From assembly GCA_000708835.1 (NCBI GenBank), contig DF237449.1:3848-67847 (forward strand): DNA of 64,000 bases, written 5' to 3'. Source of the stretch: Klebsormidium nitens. Its lineage: Eukaryota > Plantae > Klebsormidiophyceae. A program made the position numbers and the translations under genes. Below the pieces are notes generated by a model, which did no database searches, was not told the DNA's origin, and saw only the letters and a program-made list of their open reading frames with translations. How positions within the stretch are numbered: the stretch's first letter is position 1; the number at the start of each line of letters is the position of its first letter. Below, piece by piece: positions 12,136 through 25,400 of the stretch.

Positions 12136-13445
12136 TGAATCTTTTGTGTATACGGTACACTAGCTGGTCAAACAAATTGCGGTAATTCAACCGTCACAGC
12201 CAGGCTTCTTTTGCCCTACTTGAGCTGATCAAGGTCAAGTTATTCAAATAAGTTCAGGTCACAAACGTGAGGCCGGGCAGCTCTAGGTTAGCTTCTCTCT
12301 ATCGATGGCGACTATGCCTCATACAACATCTGAAGAAGGAAAAACGCAGATGACCATGGGGAACCACTGAGTTCTCTCAGTAATTTAAGCCAGCAATGTC
12401 GGAAGAGCATATGGCTGTTTATGCGACATTCCGAATCATACCGGGTCGTCACGGCAACGGTGTACGATAGACATTCCGGCCCCGGGAGCAGGCCTCATGC
12501 AGATGGGGGTCGAGTTTTCATACAGCCTAAAAAGAGGGGAACATTACCGTACATAATTGACGAGCTAGCTGCCTACCAGCCTCGACATGGTGCGAGCTTT
12601 CAAGTTTCGATTGCTTGTGACCATCAAAGTCATATGTCTACATGGTTTGAAGAATGAAGTCGAGTTGTTTGGAGATAGATGATATGATAGCACGTCCGAC
12701 CGCGACATGTCAGTGCGGATCGATCGCGAGCTCGAATCCAACGTGCACGTGCGTAGTACCCGGAGACTGCACATGGCGCGGGAGGCCTGAGTCACGGTTG
12801 CAGCTTACTGCATGATAGTGAAGTTGCTAGTATACAATTACCGACGGTCACATGCAATCATGCACATGTGCCGCTGCGGCCAGAGGAATACGCCGGCACG
12901 GAGGCCCTTCTGTCTGGCCGGGCCACACAGATTGGGAATTTTGATTGTGAAAAAGTCTTGGTGCACTTATACACGTACGTATATGGTATCTCTAGGTCAC
13001 ATGGTATACACGTCATGCGACAAAGATTCGCGAATGTAGACGCGTCTTACTGTTTGTGTCCATGATATCGGGTTGCTAAGATACGCTCACGGCTGCCGAG
13101 TCAGACCCGATCCAAAGGGTACCGTTGGCGTCGTTCAGGTGATATGAAGAAAGCAACACAAAAGCTGGTTAATCTGTGGCTTCAACAAATGTGCAGCCTA
13201 CCTTGATGATTCGCAACGGAACAGTAAATTGTCTGACTTCAGCAGACTTTTGTCGAAGCTCAAACCACTCTACCAACGTCCTACTAGGGCAGCAATTTCT
13301 AGTTTTCTATCGAAACCTCATCTCATGCAGACTACAAGCCCCGCATCACAACTCTGCACCAACCCGCCAATGCGGTACAATCAATAGTATTTATGTTCAG
13401 AGTAGAAAGAAAGAAAGACTTCCTAATCGCTAACCAAGATCTGTA

Positions 13446-16400
13446 CTACCGCTTCCTGCCTGCGAGAATACGAGAGATTTGCAGGCCACGGCTGAAGGCC
13501 GTGTTGAACAGCAGCCTGGTCTGGATGGTGGAGACGAAGGGCAGCCAGGCGAGAACGGCGACGGGGGCGAAAATAACGATCCCCATCCCGTACTCGTAGG
13601 TCCTGGCCATAGGCTTCACAGAGTCCCACAGCCCGAGCGTCTTGAGGGCTGGCTTGAAGACCAGGGAGATCTGAAAAAGAGCAATGAGCGACGGCACGTT
13701 CAGTTTGCGAAGATGTATACGGTTGTGCTCAGCGATTGTGAGGGGACGGAAGGTAAAAAAAGAAGCATCTTCCTGTGTTGGCCGACGCCCTTGAGCACAA
13801 CTCAAGCGACACGGGAAAGCGCGTGTTGAGAACTACCGAACTTCGCGCCGAAAGCAAAGGGTCGCTCGCATCTGCCATTGGGAAGAAAGCCAAACAGCTT
13901 TTAGTAAATGCGAGATAGTTTGAAGATCCCCAATACGTTCCCTGCTCCAGGGGGTGAACGCTCGGAGCGCGTGCGCCTAAGGTCTGGCATGATACTCAGA
14001 CGATGAAAGTACGAACAAGCTGCAACGTCGTAGGTGAGAGTCGGGGGACCGATGCTACCTCAGGCGACCAGATCGCCTCCACCTAGGGCCAGATTGGTCG
14101 CCGACGGCAAACTTTACGATTATTTGTGGGTCATCGAATGACTCTTCGTGGGGCATTGGATGACCCGTTCCCCCAAGACTCCCTTGCAATTGTGCGCTTT
14201 AAAAGCAGACACCCGTTTTAACACTCACCGACAAGAGGCCCCAGCCCGTGGGCACGAACGCGAGGATCGACGAGAAAAGGTCGCGGAACGTGAGGCGCGT
14301 GAAGATGAGGCAGAGGCTGATGATCACGATGGCCGCAATGAACGCGAGCGCCTTGACCAGGCGGAACATGAGCTGGAAGTCGGCGCTGAAGCGCTTGCGC
14401 CCGAAGGACACAATCTTGAGCAAGATGAGGACCGCGGCAACCACGATCCACGAGACGGCGTACACCTACGGAGGAAAAGGTTCGACTCGTTAAACAGTCA
14501 CCTACTGGGTTTGGCTGAGAAGCCTTAGAGTTTGGCTAACACGCTGTCAGGTTTGGCAAAGACCCTGACTCAAAGGTTCAAGCGCTCTGCACCCGTACTC
14601 ACCTCAGCCCTCTTGAGAAACCGGCACGTCCCGAGTACTTATGACCGAGTTTGAGATATACTCAAATCAACCGGAAATTCATTAAAGCGGAGGACCCTAC
14701 TCGAGGTTGCATCGAGCAGACTTCATATCGTACATGACATCTAAACAAGCATTGGGCAAGAGGTTGGCGCGTAGCGAACGGAGTAGGTTGCAAACACGGA
14801 GTCGCCCTCCGGGTGAACGCCGCCAATCGGACGAAATGTCAGCTTCCTCAATACAGATTGCCCCCACAAAACCCACGGGTCTCGCACGAGCCCAGCCAAT
14901 AAACTCACCCAGCCCGCCTTGTTGCCGTGCGTGACGTTCATCTGGTACACAACTCCGTACTGGAAGAGGAAGAAGCGCAGCGAGAGCGCGACCTCCCACA
15001 GCTTCCCCCAGAAGCCGGTGTACTGCAGGTGCTCCTGCTCCTCCGCCCACCACGACTCCCAGCTCTCGTTCGCGCTCACGCCGATGCCGCCCTTGTGGCC
15101 CAGCCACTTGATCCAGTCCTCGTAGTCCTCCACCGTCCTGTAATAATGACACGTGTCAGCAAAGGAGTGGTGTGGTCGTGCTTGTAATTGTCCTGATGCC
15201 GCCCTTGTGGCCCAGTTGCTATCATAGTCCTCGTGGTCCTCCACCGTCCTGTACAGGTGACACGTGTCAGAGAGGAATTCGTCGTTTAATACTGTTACTA
15301 GGCGTATCCATGGCCCCTTGTGGCCCAGCCACTTGATCCAGTCCTCGTAGTCCTCCACCGTCCTGTACAGGTGACACGTGTCAGAGAAGGATTCGTCGTT
15401 TGATACTGTTACTAGGCGTATTGATGCCCCCTTGTGGCCCAGGCGCTAATCCGTCGTTGTAGTCCTCCACCGTCCTGTACAGGTGACACGTGTCAGCAGA
15501 TGAGAGGTTTTGGGGTGTGGTGATTATCGTGCACCTTCAGTGGGCGTCCTGATGCCGCCCTTATGGGGCAGCCAAATGACCAAGTCCAGACACATCGTCA
15601 CTGACTTGTAGAGCTGACACGTGGCAGCAGCATATCCAGAACTCTGATCGAGTATGTGGTCAGTATCTAGGCCCTTGTCCACCAGCAATTGCTCCAGCTC
15701 TCATGGTCATTCAGCAATTTTGAGACCGAAGGAGGGACAATTCGACTAAGGATTCAGCACTGACACAAATACTGTATGGTATCTGGAATGATCAGGGAGA
15801 ACGCTTGGAGCGTACTGATTTTGGGTGACACATGTTGCTTAGCGGCTGCGGAGAAGAAGAAAGCGGCTTCTTAGCTACTCGGATCAATCTGCTCGGAGCT
15901 ATTGAGCGAGCGAACGTGGTTTAGCTAGCCGCATATCTTAAGGTAATTGCTTGCCCTGGCACGAGCAGAATACAGTCCCATCCGCGGCTCCGTTAAGGAC
16001 CTAGCGTATGCACGTCTACACCACGAAAACCCGCCTTCTTGTGGGTCCGCCGCTTTTTTACAGGAACAAGTACGGGCGCCACCGATCAAGAGGAATCAAG
16101 CTTCAAAGCTGACTCACTTTTGCCAGTCGAAGCCGGAGGGGTTGAAGACGAAGGGCGCAAAGAGCCAGGAGGCAACGAGGAAGTAGAGCGAGAAGGTGAG
16201 CAAGCCGTAGGAGGCGCCGCCCCGCTCGAAGCTGCCGTACGCCTTCCACACGATCAGCAGCAGCAGCATCTCCAACCTGGAGGGAAAGGGTTGTAGGGTC
16301 AGAGAGTGTTTTCTAGCTAGGAAAGTGTTTCTGGGACTTCTAAAACAGGTTTGCAATCTGGAACCCAGACGAGTCAGCGACAGTTGACGAGCTTCATTGG

Positions 16401-19400
16401 GCAATGGTCTGGACAGTCGCGTTGAGTCTCAGCTAAAGACGGGTTGCTCGGATTCCACGCAAGCCGGTTGCCGGTCACCCAAAGTAGGCACGTCAAACGA
16501 AGATGGTAAATGAAGCCAAGCAAAGTACAGTTGGAAGACTAAACTCACGCTTTGACGAAGTGGCTCCTGGAGTAGAGCCGGTAGTTCTCGGCGAACTTCT
16601 CGTGCCGCACGACGAAGCCGCGCCCAGTGGCCCGGTACTTGGCACCGCCGTGCAGGACGGTGCGCCCGAAATAGTGCGTCTTGGTGCCCAGGGAGAAGGT
16701 GAAGAAGACGGACGCAAGCTGCAGCTGCATCATGATGAAGTTCAACAGGGCCTGCAAGGAGCAAAAAGAAAGTCAAGTCAGTAGGGATTCCTTGGAGACA
16801 GAAGAGAATGAGAGGCTCAGCGAAGCGGCGATGTATTTGGAGGTGACTCCAAACCCCCTCGAGGGTGTCTTGAGCACGTTGATGCCGCTTGCTGCACGTT
16901 GTTCAACATTGTTCTAGTTATGAGTCACTGAGAGGCGGAAGAAACTCGGTCGCAAGAACGCCTTGCCGCGATGGCTCTTTCTCGCAAACCCTACCTCTTG
17001 TCCACTTCCCCCTCTGGTTCGGTCCTTTTAAACTCCCCTTTTCAGAATCCGGTGAGATGAGAAAGGTCTCAGCAAGCTGCCCGAGGTAAGAAAAGGTAAG
17101 AAACAGAACCAAACAAGCCAACAAAGGTTCCGCCGCCCACCTGTCTGAAGCCCTGCTCCAGGCCCATCTCCATGACCATGGGCAGGCCCATGAGCAGCCC
17201 AATCTGGACGATCGAGACGGTGTTGATGGCCCCGAGCAGGGAGTTGTTCTTGGTGATTTCGGCCTCCTTTTCCAGCGAGTACTGGATGCCGCTCATGACC
17301 AGGTAGAACTTGCCGTACAGGAACGCGTACAGGCACAGCACCACCAGCTGCCATGGGAGAAAGGTGCCGGTCAGTGAGGCTTGACATTCTGACCAGTCTA
17401 GTTCGTGTGGGACGTTTTTGCGACCGTTATTTCATTCCGGATCGTGGGAGTCTTCACAGTCATTGGGCAACTGCGAATGTGAACGAAATGGAGGCAAAGG
17501 ACGAACCGACGAAACTTTTCTTATCATGGAGATACCTTCCCGAACACGAAAGAAATGTAAAAGTAAGTTTTCCTAGCTCACAAGCGGTTGCGCAGGGAAC
17601 ATTGTAAGGAAACCATGAGAGCCGCCCACCATAAGAAGGAAATGTCCTGATTGGAGCAGGCTGCAGCAGATTAAGCACGACGGTCTCCGTCCAGAAACCT
17701 GATTCCCTGGCCGTCTATGCACACTGAAAAGCTCACCATGGTGTTGAAGAAGAAGCCGATGGTCGTGAACCACGCGGACATCATCCGCAGGAAGTCCAGC
17801 CTGTGGCCCAGCCGGTAGATGTCCCTACTGAGCGTCTGCTCGCCGTTGCCGTTGGCCACCTTGGCCTCGAACAAAGACACCTGGTTGAGCCCCACGTCAC
17901 GCCCCTTCCCGACCTGGATGTACTCGTGGTGCGTGATGTTGCCGCGGCGCAGGGTCGAGTTGAAGCCTGACGAGAGACGGGAGGGTCCAGATCAAAATGA
18001 GCGGTTTCCGCTTCTCAAGCTTTCAGAGTCAAAGGGTTCAAGTTCTTCTAAGGTCGCTGCTCTGCAGGAATGGGTTGCACAAGGCCGCAGCTGATGCTGG
18101 GTAGGAAGAACCTGGTGCATGTGTTTTTCACCGCAGTCAGGGTATTGATGGGGACGAAAGGCCCGATCGATATTATTGCTGCTCGCAGAAGCGCAAACAT
18201 TCTCGGAAGGTCTGGGAGACGTCGGAAGCCAAACACGACTTGCTTCCGGATTTCTTCACAATGAACAGAGCGTGGTAAACAGGTCAAGATGAACGAGGAG
18301 TCGCCTCGTTGTGCGCATGGAGCATGAAGGCTCACCAGCATAGATATCCTCGCTCAGGTTGATGACCCTGGAAGACTTGCTGATGCCTCCCCTTGTGATG
18401 TGGAAGAGGCGGTCGAAGACGTCGGGATGCCCGTAGTGGAACCGCACCCTGCATGTCGAAAAGAGCGGCCATGAGCATTGAGGAGTCCGAATGAGGCATA
18501 CCAAAAGCTCATGACTCCGTCTCAGTATACTCCTTATGCCAGCCAAAAGCGAGGGCGCCGAAAGAGGATCTCTGAACTGAACGACGAAAATAAAGGTCAG
18601 AGGCGTGGGCACTTGCGATTCAACGAAAGAAGGCCTTTGAATCGGACTCTGCCACAAACAAGCACACGTTGCGACCTCGACAGATTGCCGCATCTTTGCT
18701 GGAAGCCTCACGGTAGGGCTGCCCAAGACTTACTTGAGCGGGTTGGCGAGCACTCTCTGCCCGATGGTGACGAAGCTCATCTCCTGCTGCGACATGAACC
18801 AAGCCAGGGAGGACACGCTGCAGGTGACGGGAAGCACTATTAGCATAAAGCGGGTGAAGAGATGCGGACGGTTCTTTTTCACGTAAGAAGAAGAACTTGG
18901 CTGCGCCGGAGTCAGGTGCTGCTGCAAAGCTACCTAAAAGGAGCAGGTCGCGTTGCTACAATGGCAACAACAGCAGCAGAAACGGCAAGCCGGACTAATT
19001 GATGATTGGCTGAAAAAAATCGCTTTGGAGAAGCGCACTTCTCACCAACGTATCCACAAGAAACACCGAAAGAGAGAAAAGACAACCTCACAAGTATCCT
19101 GTCCTACACATTCCTGCCCACTCAGCGCTCGATACAGATGTGCTCCCTGACCCCCAGCGAAAACTAAAATCTCAGCAACAACGCAGTCTGCCCACTCACC
19201 CGCCCGTGAAGATGTGCTCCCTGACCCCCAGGATTGTGGCGGGCCGGATGCCGTGGTTCTCGTGGAACTCCTGCAGCAGGTTGCGCATCTTGAACGTCTC
19301 CTCCAGGTAGTGGTCCTGGTTCATGTCGATGGTCTGGAGGGCCTCGCCGCGCGTGAACACGATCGCGTGGTTCTGGTTCTCGGGCTTGCCCTCGCCCAGC

Positions 19401-22400
19401 TTGGGCTGCCCAGGGAGCATGATGCGGTAGATCTCCTACGGGAAAAGGTGGGGAGACAGGTCAGCATTTAGTCCATTCAGCAGTGTAAGTGCTTTTCTGT
19501 ACTTGAAAAAAATGACAAGTTACTATCAAAAAGGTGATACATCTTCTATACACTTTTCAGTCCGGAGACTACAAAGCTGCAATACTCTACTCGTAGATGG
19601 CCTTCAATTGTGCAATGAAAAAGATTTGTAGATGATTGGAAGAGAGTTACGCGGGCAATCGCCTGCGGGGAGCGGTATGCAGCTACGTCTGCCAGCGCAC
19701 CGTTCAACGGCGTTTCGGTCTATAAATGACTTGAGCGTGAATGAAAGGGGTTGCCGGAGTCGAGAGAATTTTGGCTCACGTCCAAGGTGCGAGTGGACGG
19801 CGCAGTTTCGTGATTGATGCAGCGCGGCAGCAACACTTTCATCAAATGGATGTCGAGGTCCTTGAACCGAAGCTTCGTCGAACAGATGGTCTCAGCTTCA
19901 AAAAGATCGGCGTTCTATAATCACTCCTCGAGCATTCTGAAAGATGGTTTCGATTGCAGAGTGATATTCTCGACAGGTTGTTCAGACCCTGGAGCGGGAA
20001 GCTTGCTCACCTGCTCGAGCCCGTTCGCGTCAGCCTTCACCAGGACCGAGTAGTACTCCTTCCGCGTTTTGCCGTTCTCCTCGAGCTCCTTCTCGTCAAT
20101 GTACGCAACGCGGAAGGCCTCGTTCCTGAGGTAAAGGATATGATATTGAGCTTGGAAGACCCGAATTGTGACGAACCTGAGCTTGATGAAACCCTTTTGG
20201 CTCACAGAGAACTAAGGCTGCCGCAAAAAGGTTGCCCGTGTTGATGAAACTGGTCCTTACACGCTGGTTGTAAGAAAGAAAGCAATTCAAGAAAAGCCCA
20301 ATGACTGGAGCACTGGCTAAGAACTTGCAAACTTCGACGATTGGCGGCTCAGGTCTTTCCACAAAGGTCAATTTACGACTCGCCTAGAACCACGCAGGAT
20401 CTTTCCTGAAGCGAAAACGGGGAAAAGACCACCGGCAGAATCTAGCCCCATAAAACGGTCTTTCTACATCTCTCAGGACAATCGGAGCGAGAACAGTGAT
20501 TCCTCACTTCTTCATGAGCTCGAAGATGTCCACAGCCTCCTTCTGGTTCTTCCGCTTCTGCGTGCCGTAGATCTGGCAGGCCGCCACGTAGGTGAACTTC
20601 ATGTCGGCGATTGCGTTGATCTGCGCCCACATGGAGCGCTGCACCTTCTTGTCCTCGTCGGACGCCTTTGTGACGGACAGGTACCCCTCCTCGATTTGCT
20701 GCGGGGTCGCCACGTCGAAGAAGGCCTGGAGCGCCAGCGCGCGCCGGTAGTACATCATACCGCGAACTGCGGGGAGGGAGCAAAATGGCCGTCATATTCC
20801 AGAAAATGGATGTTGACGGACAGTTCTGCTTCTGGAGGCGAATGCACCGGTGGTGAATCCTGCCGTGGACAGCGGGGAGTCAAGGGATTGGCAATGAAGT
20901 TCGGACATAGATGATATTTATAATACTGGGGGATAAGTCACGCGAACCTGCTGCGCACAAAGGTCGGGAACAGAGGAGGCAGTGAAAGCAAACCAGAAGA
21001 GCCAGCCTACACAGGATCTAACCGCAGTGATAAAGACGAACGATGCCATCGCTCCCAACTTCTCACACAAGATTGAAGGTGTACAAAGGAGACGGTTCCT
21101 GTTCGTTAAACGACTCGCAGAGAAACGAAAAACCCATTCCGCGCAAATCGGATCTCAGGAATCGAGTGCAACGTCAGTGCGACAGATCGTTGTTTTCCGC
21201 ACCTGTGCGCGCCAGCGTCTGCCCCTTGTACGAGGCCCACAGCCGGATCTCCTTCCCGTCGTCCTTGGCGAGCGCCTCCTCCTCGTTCTTGCACTCGATC
21301 CGCTCCAAGAAGTTGGCCCACTCGTCGGGGTAGATCTTCTGGAGGTAGAAGAGCGTCGAGATGCCGTCCTCGTTCTCCTCGTACAGCTCCTTCTTCGAGT
21401 AGGTCACGATCTCGCTGTAATAGGGCGTCATGACGCTGCACGAGAATAAGAGCAACTTATGCATCACTGAACGTATCCAAATCTTCCAGCCAAGCTCGGT
21501 TCAAACATGGATGAAACTGTCTCCTGTTAAATAACCGTGACCGACACCTGCTTCATGGCAGCTAACTGTTAAGGAGGACAGCAGATTTTTTTCAACGATT
21601 CCGCTCTTACCAACGCTTCGGGTCCCGATCTGATGCTTGACAGGAATAAACTGTAGGTAGCCAGTCGGTCAAGAGCAAAGCCGAGAGCTCTGTCGATTCG
21701 AACCGGACGTCAGACTGTCGCACCTACTGAACCAAAAGGTTCTTTTGCGGGGGGGACTCGTAAGCGACGACTTGACGAAAACCAACATCCGGGCCGCCTA
21801 ATTGCGACGCCACAAACGCCTTTGAAACGCACCTGAAGGAGACCATGTGCTTGACCTGCGGCGCCCGCGGCATGTTCATGAAGAGCGAGTTGGTGAAGAA
21901 AGAGATGCGGCGCCGCGCCTCAAGATTCGCAGGCACCTCCTGGGCGGCGTCCTTGATGGTGAGGAGCAGGTGGAAGCGCTTGATCTGCAGGTGGACCAAA
22001 AATAGTTACTTGAATTGGTCGAGGCCTGCTCAATGGCAAATTCAGGTGCGTGTCAGCCCGGGGTAAGCCAACAAAGTAATCTTAGGTCCCCTTTGGTACG
22101 GTGTAAATATGGACGACCCAGATGGACAATCAGTAACACGTAATTCCTCTACGCAATCTTTCAGGAAACAATGTGTAGACGACAAGTCGGAAGGCAAGGC
22201 AATGTCTCGACGACAAGTCGGAAAAGAAAATATCTGCAATTGCTCCGTCGCAAAAGCAACAGCCCAGCTTCTGTAGAAGTGGACACCGAATGACGGCAGA
22301 CTTCTTCAGGTACGTTAAGCAATTGCTAGGCCTTTGACACCAAACACAACTGCTAAAGAAAAGCGGGAATCAACCTACCTGTTCCTCGAACACTGGGGTG

Positions 22401-25400
22401 AGCTGTGGCGGGTAGGCGACCGCGGGCTCCGGATGGAGGGTGGCAAACAGCTGGGAGGTCTTGCTCTTGGACAACGCACCACTGATCTCCAGTGCCTCTC
22501 TGCAACAGGGGAGAAAGAGTACGTCATTTCGCTGCCCTTCTTGCTGTCCTTCCGAGGATAATGTCAAGGCAATGATTTCAAAGAGCGCAGCCCTCTCAGC
22601 TGAGAATCTTAGCTGTCTGCAGAAAGCAGCAGGAGTCGTAAGCATCGCGCAAAGAATAAGGGCTCGTGCACCGAACGCGAGCAGCCTTGACAGCATTTGT
22701 GCACGTAGAACTTTTCACATCGTTGTCCACTCCCACCCCTTCGAGCACCAAACTTTCGTATCAAGCTTGAGGATCCGAAACGAGCAAGCTCCTCACCTGG
22801 CTTGATCAGACAGCATATCGCGCGTGACCACCTCGAACATGTCCTGCAGCACTCGGATGACCTTGCTGCGCAGCGCGGGGTCTGCTTTCATCTGCAGAGT
22901 AAGTCCAGAACGTGTGCTTCCTGATCTCAGACAAGCTTCCGCTATAGATTGGTGTGTCGACGCTCATACCAAGAGAAAGACTGCGCCCACAAGCTGCAGG
23001 GAGGGCGGCGTTCTGCGAGCAGTGATGGCAGAGAGTTCCGAGATGAGAGAGGTTTAGTCAACGGGTAGTCTCAGAATGTTCACAAGGGAAACGAATCTTG
23101 GAAGAATGATGCAGCAGATGAAGATCTACCTGGCGGAATGCCAAACTCTTGCTTGGATGGACCTCTCTTGGTCTTTTCGGAAAAGGAGACAAGTTGAGAA
23201 ACTGGTATTTGGCGACTAACCAGCAGCTCGACCAGCTCGACCACTTTCTCGTGGAACTTGGGCAGCTTCTCCAGCCGGAAGGTCGAGACAAAGCCCTGCA
23301 TCATGGTGCGCTCTGCCTCCTCGAAGAGAGCCGCAATGACCCTGTTAGAATAAGGAGCGGGTCAGCAACCCTAACAATACGTCCGTGGATTTACGGATGT
23401 AGAGGTCCTGGAATCCCAGCGCAATCTGGGAACAGAATATTGTTCATCGGTTTTGGATTCATAAGCAATCGCGCGGCTTCACCAAAAGCCAAACAAGACA
23501 CCTTTGCAAGGGACGAAGCATGCAAGAAGACGTAAGCAATTCATTTTGCAGCGCTTCCTAACCAAGGATTCATTAACGACCATCTTGGAATAATCCCCAT
23601 GCAGCATGTCTGTCCGTCTCACCCAACACAAGGAGAAGAAGATTCCTGTAAAACGCTGCAACATAGACAATTATAAGGGGACTGTTACTTTGTACTGCGA
23701 CGAGTCCGGGGCGTTCGATTGCCACTCAATGTAGAAGACGGGTAAGAGCACCCACCACTTCTCCTGGGAGCCCACGATGAGGTCGTCGAAGAGGAACTTC
23801 AGGCTCGCATAGCACTCCTCCACCGCGCAGCGCATGTACTCGTCCGCTTTGATCTTGCGCCACAGCTCCGCATCGCTGCCGCTGTGCTCTGCAGCGGTCT
23901 TCACGGCCTTGTAGATCTGCAGGTAGAGGTAACATGGTATCAAGAGCCACGTAAAGCGCTCCACTCGAAATATATCCTTCGGGGCTGGCATTGAGAGTAG
24001 ATAGCAAGCTCCGGCCTCCTCTCGTACTATTTCCGAAGTCCGTAGGATCCTCGTCAACCATCTTCGCAACAAAACTCTCCACGCACACTGCGTCCGTCAT
24101 CCTAAACTTGGTTATCAGCCTTTTCAGAGGCTGAAGCCTGGTCCAAACGACCTTGCGAGCGATAAGACCTTGGAATTGGAGAAATTCCGACTCGCGAAGC
24201 GGGATCCACTAACCAACCATAGAAAAGTTGAGGGGGTTATAGTGTAGTACCTTCGATGCGAGGAGGAAAGGTGGCCACTGAACCACCTCGGAGCCGAGCT
24301 CGATGGCCGAGTACGGGACAAGCATCAGGTCGAATTCCCTGCATAGACAGCGGAGCAGATATCAGCAAACGTCATCTGCCAAGACACAGGAGGCTTCCAT
24401 TTCACCACCACTACACGAAGGCAAAGAAAACCCTTCAGAAATATGTGTCTTGAGCCGGGACCCGAAATGAAGCAATGTTTTTGCACGCAGTTCTGCTTCT
24501 CAAAGGCTTGAGCGCCTCACCTGTTGCTGATCAGGTCCTCCTCGCGGAAGCTCGTGATCACCTCGTTCCAGAGCTGTGCAAACTTGGTCGCCTGCTCCTT
24601 GGTGTCGATCTGATACGGAAATAAAATTCGTCAGGGGGAGTTTCGTGAACGAGCCGAGCCGAAATGCTTTCAGCGTTATACCGCAACCTTGACCTCTTTC
24701 CCGGTTCTAGAGCGGACCAAAGAGCCATCTGAAGAGTCGTAACTCCAATGCCAAAGAATCGGAGCGTTCACGAGCATCAGTCATACCTGAGCGAAAGAGT
24801 TAAGACATCCACGACCCGACAGAAATCCAGCTCTGAACCACAGGACAGCGGTGACTCTTTGCAGCTTACCTTTCTGAACGACCTCGCCAAAGCGAACCTC
24901 CGGGGCGCCGCGACTGGGGCAGGGATGAGGTTGTCGTTAAACGCCCCGGGCAGGGAGCGGAAGCGGGACCGCAGCATGCCCAGCGTACGGATCTGCACAA
25001 TGAAGCTGCTTTCGTGAAGCTGCTTTCGTCAGGCCAAATGAAAGTTTGTGAACGGAATTAGGTGGCAATTGATATCCCGCCTGTTGAGTGAACTGAGTGT
25101 TCGTGAGCTGAATCAAGTGTGAAACGCTGCCATGACCGCGTTGCAGCTAGATACAGCTTCAAGACCCATCCCAAAGAAGTGCGGGAAATTTCTCGCAAAT
25201 GAGATACCATCGACAGTGCGTTAGGAGAGGTGGATGAATACAGGTCGCTTACCTCTCCTAGCCGCTGGAAGGCGCCGTATGTCCCGCCCACAATGGTCGA
25301 GAAGATGGCGTACCAGATCTGCGTGTCTAGGAAGTAGACTATGATCACAGGCGCCCAGATGGCCACAATGGCCCCAGCGTTATGATTGCCTGCGGGGAAA

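Noticed and set aside
14148-14528. Long plus-strand ORFs opposite callose synthase exons (also 16503, 20982, 27460 and others)
   Set aside because: Shadow ORFs produced by strong C/G-ending codon bias on the coding strand.
15083-15630. CRISPR-like repeat-spacer array
   Set aside because: The units are duplicated exon/intron sequence of a eukaryotic gene, the inter-repeat parts are homologous to each other, and there are no cas genes.
20126-20175. Further acceptor echo upstream of callose synthase exon 28 (CTCAGG at 42-bp offset)
   Set aside because: Only about 12 of 21 matches; not distinguishable from chance.
22179-22225. Short intronic direct repeats (GACGACAAGTCGGAA x2; also AAGCTGCTTTCGT x2 near 25003)
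   Set aside because: Ordinary micro-duplications not touching splice junctions.
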